From assembly GCA_048938895.1 (NCBI GenBank), contig JBHLLU010000001.1:96001-160000 (forward strand): 64,000 nucleotides of DNA, given 5' to 3'. Shown piece by piece: positions 1 to 10,161 of the stretch; within the stretch, counting starts at the first letter, position 1, and each line of letters starts with the position of its first letter. The translations under genes and the position numbers were made by a program. Under the pieces are notes generated by a model that worked only from the letters and a program-made list of their open reading frames with translations, was not told the origin of the DNA and searched no databases. Source of the DNA: Promethearchaeota archaeon (GTDB lineage: Archaea > Asgardarchaeota > Lokiarchaeia > Sigyniarchaeales > SOKP01).

Positions 1-414
1 GAGGATTGTTCCATCTGCGAGAAGATCACACTTTTCCTCCTTAATTACTTTACTAATGGTCTCTGAATATGCATCTTTAAATAAATGTCTTTTTTTCTCA
101 GCATCCCCTTCACCGATTATCTTAGGAAGAAATTGATTTCGGATATCTAAAACCATAACATCCGGGAATAATTTTTTTATATATTCTCTCTCTTCAACAC
201 CTCTGATTATTCTCATAAGCCCATGGTCAATAAACACTGGGATTGTATTGATTTTTGCTTCCTTAAGTAGAAGATATGTAGCAGAACTATCTATTCCTCC
301 AGACAGAGCACAAAAGACTTTCTTACTATTTGCATGTTTTTGCAGGAATTCAATTGCTGCTTTTACAAACTTCTTAGGTCTTTTTGGTGGATTGATTAAT
401 CTATGGTTTAACAT
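1..414 (-). CDS. guaA: GMP synthase ATP-pyrophosphatase subunit (archaeal subunit B), 5' part; runs off window start
   Basis: Not in ORF track. Manual translation from ATG at 414: MLNHRLINPPKRPKKFV...FCALSGGIDSS...FIDHGLMR...AEKKR...LLADGTIL. PP-loop SGGxDSS, DHGLMR and GTI motifs, no glutaminase domain upstream. Confidence 0.88.
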   Translation of the reverse strand, partial: MLNHRLINPPKRPKKFVKAAIEFLQKHANSKKVFCALSGGIDSSATYLLLKEAKINTIPVFIDHGLMRIIRGVEEREYIKKLFPDVMVLDIRNQFLPKIIGEGDAEKKRHLFKDAYSETISKVIKEEKCDLLADGTIL

Positions 415-472
415 AGAAATTAGTAATCCATTTCTAAAAAAAAAGTTAGTTATTAATTAGTTATGAAAAGTA

Positions 473-967
473 TTAGTTTTGGATAAATTCTTCTAGTTGA
501 ACAAAAATCCCATCGGGATCCAAAGCTGTAGCAATTTTAATTAGATCTCTTCCTGGATTTTCAGGGGTTAAGTCTGCAATTTGAGGAGGACTAATAAATT
601 CAACACCTTTGGATTTCAGTTCCTGGTACATTTTATCTAAATCGTCAACTTCGAGAGAGATCCGAGTAATCCCAACATTGTTTATTCTATCATAAGGTTT
701 TCCAGTTGAGGGTGGTTTTGTCCATTGAAGCAGATCAAGCACTGTAGCATTTTTATCATAACCCCATCGGATAAGCCAACCTTTATATTCTGCTGTATCA
801 CCCAATCCAAGAGCAATTCCGACTCCATCACTCTCAGTTTTTCTTTTAAGAATAGCTGTCTTTTCTCTATTTCCAAGTAAATGTCCTCCTAATAGATCAA
901 CATAGAATTCTAAAGATTTTTCTAGGTTTGAGCAAACTACATTAAAATGTATGATCCTCTTTATCAT
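473..967 (-). CDS. VOC/glyoxalase family protein
   Basis: IIHFNVVCSNLEKSLEFYVDLLG, ISLEVDDLDKMYQELKSKGVEF, DPDGIFVQLEE. Confidence 0.9.
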   Translation of the reverse strand: MIKRIIHFNVVCSNLEKSLEFYVDLLGGHLLGNREKTAILKRKTESDGVGIALGLGDTAEYKGWLIRWGYDKNATVLDLLQWTKPPSTGKPYDRINNVGITRISLEVDDLDKMYQELKSKGVEFISPPQIADLTPENPGRDLIKIATALDPDGIFVQLEEFIQN

Positions 968-1128
968 TTTATATTCTTATCTTTGATTTTCTTTTAATTT
1001 TCATATAGAACTCAATGAAATAAAATGGATTATTAAGTGGTTGTGATTTATGAATTATTTATCTTAATTTAAAGGAATTTAATATTTATAAGGCAAAGAA
1101 ATAATTGCTTGATAACTGTTTAACAATT

Positions 1129-1986
1129 ATGGAAAGTATTAGAAAAGTAAAAGTATCTCTTAAAAGTAGACCCACTTTTGAAGGTGCTGGTGTTCGATTA
1201 AAGCGAGCTTTTGGATATGTTGATCCATCACTTGATCCCTTTTTACTACTTGATGACTTTCATTCAGACAATATCAATGATTATATCAAGGGATTTCCAT
1301 GGCACCCTCATCGTGGTATTGAAACTATAACATATATGCTACACGGCAATATTGAACATGGTGATAGTTTAGGTAATGGAGGAGTGATCCATGCTGGTGA
1401 TGTGCAGTGGATGACGGCAGGGTCAGGAATTATTCATCAAGAAATGCCTAAAAGTGACCCTGATGATACCCTGCTCTGGGGGTTCCAATTGTGGGCGAAT
1501 TTACCATCTTCACACAAAATGATGGATCCTAGATACCGAGAACTAAAAAATGATGAGATCCCCGAAATTTCTTTAAATGGTGGCAACGTAAAAGTCAAGA
1601 TAATCTGTGGTGAAATTAATGGAACATTAGGCCCAGTACAAGATATAATTACTGAACCAGAATATTTAGACATCACGATCAACCCAAATTCTGAATTTCT
1701 ACATCATATAAAGAACGAACATAACGTTTTTGCTTATATAATAGAGGGGGAAGGATTTTTCGATGAAGTTAAAACAGAATTAATCGGAAAAGAAACACTC
1801 ATTATTTTCCGAGAAGGAGATTCAGTAAAAATAAGCACAAAAAATCAAAAGGTACGGTTTTTATTAATCTCTGGAAAGCCTTTAAAAGAACCAGTTGCTT
1901 GGCGTGGACCCATTGTAATGAATACTGAAGAAGAACTCAGTATTGCTTTTAATGAATATCAGAATGGTACCTTTATTAAGCACTGA
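1129..1986 (+). CDS. Pirin family protein
   Basis: EGAGVRLKR, DPFLLLD, GFPWHPHRGIETITY, WMTAGSGIIHQE, GPIVMNT; ATG 1129 preferred to TTG 1105. Confidence 0.95.
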   Translation: MESIRKVKVSLKSRPTFEGAGVRLKRAFGYVDPSLDPFLLLDDFHSDNINDYIKGFPWHPHRGIETITYMLHGNIEHGDSLGNGGVIHAGDVQWMTAGSGIIHQEMPKSDPDDTLLWGFQLWANLPSSHKMMDPRYRELKNDEIPEISLNGGNVKVKIICGEINGTLGPVQDIITEPEYLDITINPNSEFLHHIKNEHNVFAYIIEGEGFFDEVKTELIGKETLIIFREGDSVKISTKNQKVRFLLISGKPLKEPVAWRGPIVMNTEEELSIAFNEYQNGTFIKH

Positions 1987-2086
1987 TAGAGGTCTTAGAA
2001 GCTTCCAAGAAGGTTAAAGTTTTTTATTTGTATAATTTTAAATGATCAAATTTTTATCAATTAATCAAAATCATTCAGGTGAATAC

Positions 2087-2359
2087 ATGGTGGATGAAGA
2101 AATTTCCTCAGAATTGAAAGAAATAATCCAGGAAAATGTGGATAAAGTCTTTGGAAAGTGGCTTGAAAAAGTTTCTAAGGGTGAATCAATAGAAGGAGTA
2201 GTGAAAGCTCTTATAGTTGAAAAAGTAATGAATATTTTAGGTGCCTTAATTAAAAGAACAGTAGTGAAAAAAGTAGCTAAAAAATTGGTTAAAAGAAGAG
2301 TGGATAAATTCTGGGAAAAAAACAGAGATATGATACTTGAGAAAATCAAAACTTTATAA
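2087..2359 (+). CDS. Small helical hypothetical protein
   Basis: Open frame with AGGTGA RBS just upstream of ATG 2087; Lys/Glu-rich amphipathic helices; no known motif. Confidence 0.7.
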   Translation: MVDEEISSELKEIIQENVDKVFGKWLEKVSKGESIEGVVKALIVEKVMNILGALIKRTVVKKVAKKLVKRRVDKFWEKNRDMILEKIKTL

Positions 2360-2447
2360 AACTATATTTAGTAAATTTATTTTTTGAACAAGATTTACTC
2401 TATTTAAATTAAAAAATATACTTTTTTTCATCTGTAGGTGATAATAT

Positions 2448-3305
2448 ATCTCAGGAAATGATTTCAGAATATTCGATGCCCATTTACACACTTACGGTGT
2501 TTTCTTAAATCCTTATGAGGATCTAATTAGTTATATGGATCATTACAATGTTGAAAAAGCAATTATCACAACAATAAATAGAACCAGATATTACGATAAA
2601 CAGAAAGAATATCTATCTACAAATAATGAAAAAGATAATGTCACTAAATTTATGGATGATTTTAAGTCATTGATGAATACTGGGCAACTTGATCACTCTG
2701 ACGTTAAAGACATCACTAAAAAGGCACCAGATCGTTTCTATAAATTCTTTTGGTTTAATCCAAATATGGATCCAGAAGAAGAAGAGAATGATTTTAAGAT
2801 TTTAGAAGAACATTTCAAAGAAGGATTTTGCGGCGTAAAAATCCACTCTGGTTTTCACGCAATTAGAGTCCCTAAAGATATTGAGAAATTAATTTCTTTT
2901 ATGCAAGAGTATAATAAAGATTTTATCTTCTATATCCACTCTCTCCCCAAAACTTCGTTTTTTGGTGGAGTGTCTACAAGAGATATTGCTAAATTGGCTG
3001 AAAAATACCCTAAATTAAGAATTATCGTAGGTCATGCGGCTAATACAATGTCTTACTCCGTTGATGTCAGTATGACATTAAGAAGTTATCAAAATATTTA
3101 TTTTGAGACCTCTTGTTCAGTTTCTTTCGGTATCTATAATTTAATCAAGACCATAGGTCATAATAAAATCTTGTTTGGATCAGATTCACCAACAGCTTCA
3201 CCATTAGGACTTGAAATCGATAAGATTCTCTCCCTTCCAAGGATTTCACATGAGGTAAAACAAGATATATTTTATAATAATGTGAAGCATCTTCTAAAAA
3301 TTTAG
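2448..3305 (+). CDS. Amidohydrolase_2 family metal-dependent hydrolase (probable non-canonical start)
   Basis: GVKIH, IVGH, YFETS, ILFGSDSP. The DAHLH metal motif is in frame at 2475-2489, upstream of the first ATG (2535). Confidence 0.85.
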   Translation: MSGNDFRIFDAHLHTYGVFLNPYEDLISYMDHYNVEKAIITTINRTRYYDKQKEYLSTNNEKDNVTKFMDDFKSLMNTGQLDHSDVKDITKKAPDRFYKFFWFNPNMDPEEEENDFKILEEHFKEGFCGVKIHSGFHAIRVPKDIEKLISFMQEYNKDFIFYIHSLPKTSFFGGVSTRDIAKLAEKYPKLRIIVGHAANTMSYSVDVSMTLRSYQNIYFETSCSVSFGIYNLIKTIGHNKILFGSDSPTASPLGLEIDKILSLPRISHEVKQDIFYNNVKHLLKI

Positions 3306-3580
3306 GTTAATAAATTTCTTATATTATTATTAGCAAGATAATACTAATTTTCAAAATTGTATTAGTTATTTGCCATCAGTTAATCTATTAATAAGAAATC
3401 CTCTTAATATTTATTGTTGTCTTTCTTTATTATTAACCATTCAATTTTTTATCAACTTATTATTAAATTTTGAAATATATCGTTGTACCAATCATTTATT
3501 TCTATTTTAATAATAAATCAATTAAAAGAGAAATCCTATTTTATCTTAATTATTAAGTATAAAATTCATAGGATGATTAA

Positions 3581-4150
3581 GTGAGTTATTTAAGGGATAA
3601 TAAAGTCTGGGAAGAAGAAGAGGATCTGAACTGGGATGTTATAGAAATTTCGAAAGTTAACGACAAAATTATTAGATATTTACTTGATAGCTTAAAATTG
3701 GATACACCTGATTTATCCGAAAATTTTTTCATTGCATTTGAGAGTTTGTTAAAAATTGGTAAGAAAGCTCGAAATGTCTTAAATTCTTATATTAACGAAA
3801 CTAATGAAATTCATAATTTCAAAGTTGATATTTTTAACTTTTTGCTTGATTTTATCAATGATAATTATACAGAATATCTATTAGTTCCACACTTATATGC
3901 CCCAGATTTTATTACAAGAGCTCGTACTGTATTTAAAATTCAACAAGCAAAGGATAAGAATTACCTAAAATTTATTCTACCATTGTTAAAAGATCCTGAT
4001 GATTCAGTTCGTTATGCCATTTTAAGATTATTAGATGCGTTAAATCTGGTAACCTATCCTTTAGTCTGTAATGAATTGAAATGTTTTATAGAAAATGAAT
4101 CAAATCCCATAATAAAAGAGAAATGTAAAGAACTTATTAAAAGTTCATAA
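3581..4150 (+). CDS. HEAT-repeat protein
   Basis: ILPLLKDPDDSVRYAILRLL and ENESNPIIKEKCKELI HEAT-like motifs. Confidence 0.75.
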   Translation: MSYLRDNKVWEEEEDLNWDVIEISKVNDKIIRYLLDSLKLDTPDLSENFFIAFESLLKIGKKARNVLNSYINETNEIHNFKVDIFNFLLDFINDNYTEYLLVPHLYAPDFITRARTVFKIQQAKDKNYLKFILPLLKDPDDSVRYAILRLLDALNLVTYPLVCNELKCFIENESNPIIKEKCKELIKSS

Positions 4151-4374
4151 CGTCTTTTAAGAGTTTATTTAAAGGTTTGAGAATTAAACTCAAAACCAAC
4201 CTAAAAAAATATCTAATAATATTTGTCCTACTAACTTAAACAAAAAAAAATTCAGATTATATTTATAAGAATCTATTTCCATTAAAATTATAATTATCAC
4301 TCGGTATATTAATATAAAAATATATTAGATCGACCAATAATTAATATATTTAATTATAATAAGGAATTATAATA

Positions 4375-4905
4375 ATGTCTCATTACGATTACACTTTCAA
4401 GATCTTACTACTTGGAGATGCATCCGTTGGAAAAACGTCCTTCACTAAACGATACTGTTACAATATATTCAATCCAAGTGAAAGATTAACAATTGGTGTT
4501 GACTTTCATGTAAAAACAATTGAATTAAATGATATTAAAATAAAACTTCAGATTTGGGACGTCGGTGGAGAAGAAAGGTTTAGGTTCCTCTTGCCAACTT
4601 ATTGTTTGGGTGCAAATGCAGCATTTTTACTTTATGACATAACTAGACCATCAACATTAGATAACATTTCAGAATGGATGACTATTGTAAGACAGAAGGG
4701 TGGACTTATACCAATAATGCTTGTAGGTTCGAAAATCGATCTTTCAGATAGTTCTCGACAAGTTCCACGAGAATATGGCATTCAAATCGCGGAAAAAAAT
4801 AATATGGCAAGTTTTGTTGAAATTTCAGCTAAAGAGAACATAAACGTCAACGAAGCGTTTAAGGTTCTTACAGAATTGACACTAGAAAAGACAAATAATG
4901 GGTGA
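4375..4905 (+). CDS. Rab-like Ras-superfamily small GTPase (eukaryotic signature protein)
   Basis: G1 GDASVGKT, G2 TIGVDF, IKLQIWDVGGEERF, G4 GSKID, G5 EISAK; no C-terminal prenylation Cys. Confidence 0.95.
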   Translation: MSHYDYTFKILLLGDASVGKTSFTKRYCYNIFNPSERLTIGVDFHVKTIELNDIKIKLQIWDVGGEERFRFLLPTYCLGANAAFLLYDITRPSTLDNISEWMTIVRQKGGLIPIMLVGSKIDLSDSSRQVPREYGIQIAEKNNMASFVEISAKENINVNEAFKVLTELTLEKTNNG

Positions 4906-4909
4906 TATA

Positions 4910-5872
4910 ATGGAAGATACCAAATATTTATCTCTGAGCCAATTGTTTGATTCAATTGGTGTTATTGAAAAAGGGATTGAAAGGATTTATCATTATCTCC
5001 TCATAAATAAACGAATCGACAATCTAAAGGAAGTATGTAATGAGTTTAATCTCTCTTTAAAACGAGGGTATAAAATATGTTCTGTGCTCAGTGATTTAGA
5101 ACTTGTTCAGATCTATGATAGACCAATGAAAATCCATCTTGCGAATCCAATCTTGGGTTTATGGCAAAATTTAGTCAACAAAAGAATCGAAAACCTTCAG
5201 AATGAATTTGATGAAAAAAGAGATAAATGTGAAACATCACTAGAAGCATTCATAAACAATTTTAACTTAGATGCTCATGTCGCTCAGGAACCAGTTGAGT
5301 TTGTTAACTATGATGTGAAAAATTTCGATGAAAGTTATTATTCCTTGTTAGCTGAAAAAGAATGTAAAATAGCTATAGGTATTAGATATCACAATCCTTT
5401 GATCGATTTAATCCAAAACTATGGATTTACTCGAATCCCTGAAGATATAAGCATAGCTATGAAGATAGGAATGACAAGGATTAAAGAGAATCTTGACAAT
5501 ATCGAGGTTCAAGTAATTTTCCATTCTGAAGTGATAAAGGATTTAATAAACAGTGAAGAATTTAAACTTCTTACGAAACATGTAGATCCTTTGAATATTA
5601 AATTTAAAGACCTTAAAATTCATGTTACAGAGGAAAATTTTAGTAATTTTAGCCTAACTGATAGTGAACTGATTCAACCAAGTTTTGATCCGTCAAATAT
5701 TTTAATTGGGGCATATATCTCTCGAAATAAAAATATTTATTCAATTTTCGATACAAAATTTAATGAAATCTTTAAAACAGGAATTCCGATTGAAGATTTT
5801 CTGCAAAAAGATAAAAACTTGCACTTGGATTCGATTACAGACACACAATCCTTTGTCCTATGTGTTTTGTAA
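4910..5872 (+). CDS. TrmB-like winged-helix transcriptional regulator
   Basis: N-terminus IERIYHYLL...LKEVCNEFNLSLKRGYKICSVLSDLELVQIYDRPMKIHLANP follows the TrmB pattern, then a coiled coil and a putative effector domain; GGTGA RBS 4901-4905. Confidence 0.65.
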   Translation: MEDTKYLSLSQLFDSIGVIEKGIERIYHYLLINKRIDNLKEVCNEFNLSLKRGYKICSVLSDLELVQIYDRPMKIHLANPILGLWQNLVNKRIENLQNEFDEKRDKCETSLEAFINNFNLDAHVAQEPVEFVNYDVKNFDESYYSLLAEKECKIAIGIRYHNPLIDLIQNYGFTRIPEDISIAMKIGMTRIKENLDNIEVQVIFHSEVIKDLINSEEFKLLTKHVDPLNIKFKDLKIHVTEENFSNFSLTDSELIQPSFDPSNILIGAYISRNKNIYSIFDTKFNEIFKTGIPIEDFLQKDKNLHLDSITDTQSFVLCVL

Positions 5873-5893
5873 AAATTTAAAGAATAAAATTGA

Positions 5894-7420
5894 TTATTCT
5901 TTTTTTCTTTGCATTGAATTTCTAAATTTCTCTAACTGTTTACGAGGAGTAACTGTAGGTCTTTCATATCTTTTAGCTTTAGATTTTATCCCGAATATAT
6001 ATTTTGAGATATTTTTAAGCTTTTCTGTATCATATCTTAACATCATTGTAATTGTTTCCATCTGAGGTGAACCTCCTCCATGAACTCCTGCAACTTGCAT
6101 CACACCTCCAAGATCAGATACTAAAAGTGTCTCTATTCCTTTAAAACAACGATATATATTTTCTGGTTTAACTCGAGGATTTCTCTTTAAATATTTCATC
6201 GCAAGTTCCCCAACCTCTTCGGAGAAGAATGTATCCTCATACGGTAATGTAGCTACTAATCCACCCGAGAGATCAGCTAAAATCTTCATCTCTTCATAGA
6301 TATTTTCACCTGCTAATCTTCGACCTGCATTGGTTAGAATCTCATCGGGGATTTGAGTACCAGAGGGGGATTTTTCTGAATGTTTAGCGCTTGATTCACC
6401 TGCCGCGAATACCAATTCTGCTATACCAATGATGTGAGAAATTTTCTCTTGTACATGTTTGGTATTCTCAATGCCATTGTATTCTGCCACTAATGTCGCA
6501 GCACTTGCAATAACTTCTGACACGGCAGGTTTGCATCCTGTATATGTATGACGATGATAATGAGCAAACATCAGTGCTAAAAATCCCGCATAAGGTGTTT
6601 GACGCGGATCAGCTTGTCCGTTCATAAATATCCTTTCATTTGGGACAAAAACATCATCAAAAATAATAAAAGTTTCTGCGTCTCCTATATGCATACCTGG
6701 CGCATCAAGATTTTTACCTTTTCTAACGTGAGCAGGTCTAGTGAGAAGTTTTACACCTTCCCAATCTGCAGGTAACGCAAATGCAACAGCATAATCTTTA
6801 TCCTCAGGCCCCATATAACGACATGGTACAGCTATCAACTCATCTGCATATGGAGTATTTGTTATATTGATCTTACAACCTCTTACAATTATCCCATCAT
6901 CTCTTGTTTCAATAACCCTGAGATATTGATCAGGATCTTCCTGTTCATGAGGCCTTTTTAATCGATCTCCCTTTGCATCTGTCTGGGCACAACTAGCTAC
7001 AATATCTTGGTCTTGAAAGAATTCCATATACTTCCTAAAATTTTCATAATATTTTGTCCCAAGAGCTTGATCCATCTCGTAAGTTATAACTGAAAGAGCG
7101 TTTAAAGCATCAATACCCATACATCTCTGTATACAACCCCCGACACGATGACATAGCACTCTTGTCATCATTTGTTTCTTAAGTAAATCTTCTTTATTCT
7201 GGTGAATATGACAAAAGCGATTTATTTTTTTTCCTGTAAGATGAGATGTAGTTACCATTAAATCTTCATAATCTGGATCATACGCACGATCAAGAGTTTC
7301 TTTGATAATATACATTCCACCTTGTAATCGAGGGTCGTCTCGACCAACCTTTTCGTCACCGATATATATATTCGGTTTCATTTTCAATAGATCTTCCACA
7401 TATTGTTCATAAGTTCGCAT
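5894..7420 (-). CDS. abfD: 4-hydroxybutyryl-CoA dehydratase-like protein (AbfD/HpaB family, FAD + [4Fe-4S])
   Basis: CIQRC, AQTDAKGDR, HYHRHTYTGCKPA (3 Cys + His cluster ligands), HGGGSPQ. Confidence 0.85.
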   Translation of the reverse strand: MRTYEQYVEDLLKMKPNIYIGDEKVGRDDPRLQGGMYIIKETLDRAYDPDYEDLMVTTSHLTGKKINRFCHIHQNKEDLLKKQMMTRVLCHRVGGCIQRCMGIDALNALSVITYEMDQALGTKYYENFRKYMEFFQDQDIVASCAQTDAKGDRLKRPHEQEDPDQYLRVIETRDDGIIVRGCKINITNTPYADELIAVPCRYMGPEDKDYAVAFALPADWEGVKLLTRPAHVRKGKNLDAPGMHIGDAETFIIFDDVFVPNERIFMNGQADPRQTPYAGFLALMFAHYHRHTYTGCKPAVSEVIASAATLVAEYNGIENTKHVQEKISHIIGIAELVFAAGESSAKHSEKSPSGTQIPDEILTNAGRRLAGENIYEEMKILADLSGGLVATLPYEDTFFSEEVGELAMKYLKRNPRVKPENIYRCFKGIETLLVSDLGGVMQVAGVHGGGSPQMETITMMLRYDTEKLKNISKYIFGIKSKAKRYERPTVTPRKQLEKFRNSMQRKKE

Positions 7421-7718
7421 ATTTCTTACCTAAAATTATTACTATATATGGTAATTATTTTCAGTTTATAAATAAACCGACTTAGAGTTTAAATCATTCT
7501 AAGAGGTTGATAAACATTCATTTTTAACATTATTATACTAATTAATATTAAACAAATTAATAACAAAACCTAATAATTATATACTATTGTTCAGTCTTAA
7601 TAATAGTAATATCTTTTTTTTCTATATATTTTCAAGGAGTTCTAAACTTTTTTCAATAATTTTATTAATGTACAATAAATAATATTATTAGTCTATTAAC
7701 TATATCGAGTTTTGAGTA

Positions 7719-9038
7719 ATGGATAATCGAATTTATCTTCTGGATGTTACCAACAGAGATGGAGTTCAAACCAGCCGTTTAGGCTTAGCTAAGCTAGAAA
7801 AAACAGTATTGAATATCTTATTAAACAGAATGGGTATCTACCAATCTGAAATTGGCTTCCCCACTACACTTCACGAAACTAACTATATTAATGCAAATTT
7901 GGAACTTGCTAAAATAGGAGTGCTTCATCCTATTATATTATCAGGTTGGATGCGAGCTATTGAATCAGATGTAGAAAAGGCAATGGAACTTACAGAATTA
8001 GAACACGTGAATTTATCAATTTCTACATCACGTCAAATGATTAACGGCAAATTTCAGGGAAGATATAATAGTAATGATATTATCGATATGATGGTTGCAG
8101 CTGTTCAAAGAGCGCAAGATTACGGTATAAAAACTATTGGAGTAAATGCTGAGGACGCCAGTAGAACCGATATGAAATTTCTTATAAAATTCTCCTTAGC
8201 GGCAAGAAAAGCCGGTGCTCATCGCATCCGATATTGTGATACTCTCGGATATGAAACACCTTTTCGAATTCATTTCCGAATGAAAGATCTAACTAAAGCT
8301 GTGGATCTACCTATTGAATTACATTGCCATAATGATTTAGGGATGGCCGTTGCTAATTCAATAATGGGTGCGAAAGGAGTCATTGAAGAAGGTCAAGATG
8401 CTCTTATCAATACTGCAGTTAATAGTATGGGTGAACGTGCAGGAAATGCTGATTTAGTTTCAACTACTTTGGCATTACAATATGGAGCGGAAATTGAAGA
8501 TCTTGGAATGGTTGATCCTCGGATTGATCTATCAAAAGCATGGAAAATTGCTACTTATGCTTCTTATGCTTTTGGAGTTCCTATTCCTGTTAATCAGCCG
8601 GGAGTAGGAGATAATGCTTTTGCTCACGAATCAGGAATCCATGCCGATGGTGCCCTTAAAGATAGAAAAAACTACGAATTATATGATTATAATGAACTGG
8701 GGAGAGGGGAAACAATTATGATTGAAACAGGAAGAAAAGTCACCACTGGAGAATATTCTGGAATATCCGCATTTACACATAGCTACAATCATTTTAATAT
8801 AGAGTTCAAAAATGATGAAGAAGCACGTCAAATTTTAGAGCTGGTAAGGTATGCAAATGTTCATAAACAACGTCCGTTGGTAAAAGAAGAATTCATCTTT
8901 ATTGCAGAATATCCCAAGATTGCTCAGAAAATATTAACAATGACCCCTCCAGATATTTCAATAGATCGTCCTCATTACGATTTAGCGAAAAAAAGAAAAT
9001 CAAAAGGATTTATGGCAATCAAACTTATGAAGAATTAA
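7719..9038 (+). CDS. Homocitrate synthase/NifV-like DRE-TIM metallolyase (LeuA family)
   Basis: DVTNRDGVQ, VNAEDASR, HCHNDLGMAVAN, GERAGNA, FAHESGIHADG; no LeuA regulatory domain. Confidence 0.88.
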   Translation: MDNRIYLLDVTNRDGVQTSRLGLAKLEKTVLNILLNRMGIYQSEIGFPTTLHETNYINANLELAKIGVLHPIILSGWMRAIESDVEKAMELTELEHVNLSISTSRQMINGKFQGRYNSNDIIDMMVAAVQRAQDYGIKTIGVNAEDASRTDMKFLIKFSLAARKAGAHRIRYCDTLGYETPFRIHFRMKDLTKAVDLPIELHCHNDLGMAVANSIMGAKGVIEEGQDALINTAVNSMGERAGNADLVSTTLALQYGAEIEDLGMVDPRIDLSKAWKIATYASYAFGVPIPVNQPGVGDNAFAHESGIHADGALKDRKNYELYDYNELGRGETIMIETGRKVTTGEYSGISAFTHSYNHFNIEFKNDEEARQILELVRYANVHKQRPLVKEEFIFIAEYPKIAQKILTMTPPDISIDRPHYDLAKKRKSKGFMAIKLMKN

Positions 9039-9106
9039 CTATTTTTACTTATATTCATTTAGGAATATAAATAATAGGGAATAAAGTCAAATTTTCCTAA
9101 TAATAT

Positions 9107-10093
9107 ATGAAAGAAGAATTAACTCCAGTAAAAATCTATAAAAATTTTCAAAATGGAGATTTAAATAAGGAAGATGCTGCTGATCTTTTAACCTCAATCA
9201 TTAACGGGAGCGAGGATGCAAAAGTTCGGAAAGAAAGCATTGAGTTCTTGGAAAAAATTAATTATAAAGATGATAACATTTTTAAGATTTTGGAAAATCA
9301 TCTTTTATCTGATGAAGATGCAGGTGTAAGAGCCTCAGCAGCAAAAATCATTATCTTGAACTTTCTAGATGAAGGATCTGAACCAATAGAATGGAGTTCT
9401 AAGCATGAAAAGTCGCCCCTTGTTATTAAAGCTATTATTGATACTTTAGAAAATAAAAAAAATAATCAACAAGAAGCAATTAGAGAGTGCTTAACAAGCT
9501 TTTTAGCTCAGTTTGCTGTAGATCTGGGAGTGGTCCATGAAGAAGCTAGGTTTTTTTTGGATCTAGAAGCAATTTTTTCGTTTGGGAACGCAAATTATGA
9601 AATTAAACCCCAAGATTATAAGAATTTTGAGAGATTGCAAAATAATATAAATTCTGAACCTTGGTTAATTATAAACAACAAACACGTTGAGACTCTTAAT
9701 CTTAATTTGTTTAGCTGGTATTTCATAAAAGCAAATGTTGAGATCTTCGATTCATTTGTAAAGATTAATTACTTAGATTTATATCTCAATACCATTAGGA
9801 AATATACTAAACTTAATTTTAATTCTACTATTATACCTGAATCGATAGGTACATTATCCTTCCTTAAAAATTTAGGGTTGTCGCGTAATCACTTACAAAC
9901 TATTCCTAAATCAATAAAAAATTTGAGTTCACTTAAAAACTTAGACTTAAGTCATAATCAATTTCCTGAAATTCCTCAAATCTTGAAATCACTGTCTTCT
10001 CTTGAATATTTAAACATGAAATATAATAATTTTAGAAATATTCCCCAATCCATGAAAAATTTTGTTAATTCTCTCACAAAATTTGAGTTATAA
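9107..10093 (+). CDS. HEAT-repeat plus leucine-rich-repeat protein
   Basis: SEDAKVRKESIEFL, SDEDAGVRASAAKII; three LRRs (LKNLGLSRNHLQTIPKSIKNLSSLKNLDLSHNQFPEIP...). Confidence 0.88.
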   Translation: MKEELTPVKIYKNFQNGDLNKEDAADLLTSIINGSEDAKVRKESIEFLEKINYKDDNIFKILENHLLSDEDAGVRASAAKIIILNFLDEGSEPIEWSSKHEKSPLVIKAIIDTLENKKNNQQEAIRECLTSFLAQFAVDLGVVHEEARFFLDLEAIFSFGNANYEIKPQDYKNFERLQNNINSEPWLIINNKHVETLNLNLFSWYFIKANVEIFDSFVKINYLDLYLNTIRKYTKLNFNSTIIPESIGTLSFLKNLGLSRNHLQTIPKSIKNLSSLKNLDLSHNQFPEIPQILKSLSSLEYLNMKYNNFRNIPQSMKNFVNSLTKFEL

Positions 10094-10161
10094 TTGAAAT
10101 TATTACTTAAATATTAAAACTGAGATTAATTCCATTAATTAAAAATGTCTTAGTGATGATT

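Noticed and set aside
248-460. 70-aa plus-strand ORF
   Set aside because: Antisense shadow of the GMP synthase subunit gene (1-414, minus).
7719-9038. NifV-like gene as evidence of nitrogen fixation
   Set aside because: No nif genes present; homocitrate synthase-like enzymes also serve lysine and 2-oxoacid elongation pathways.
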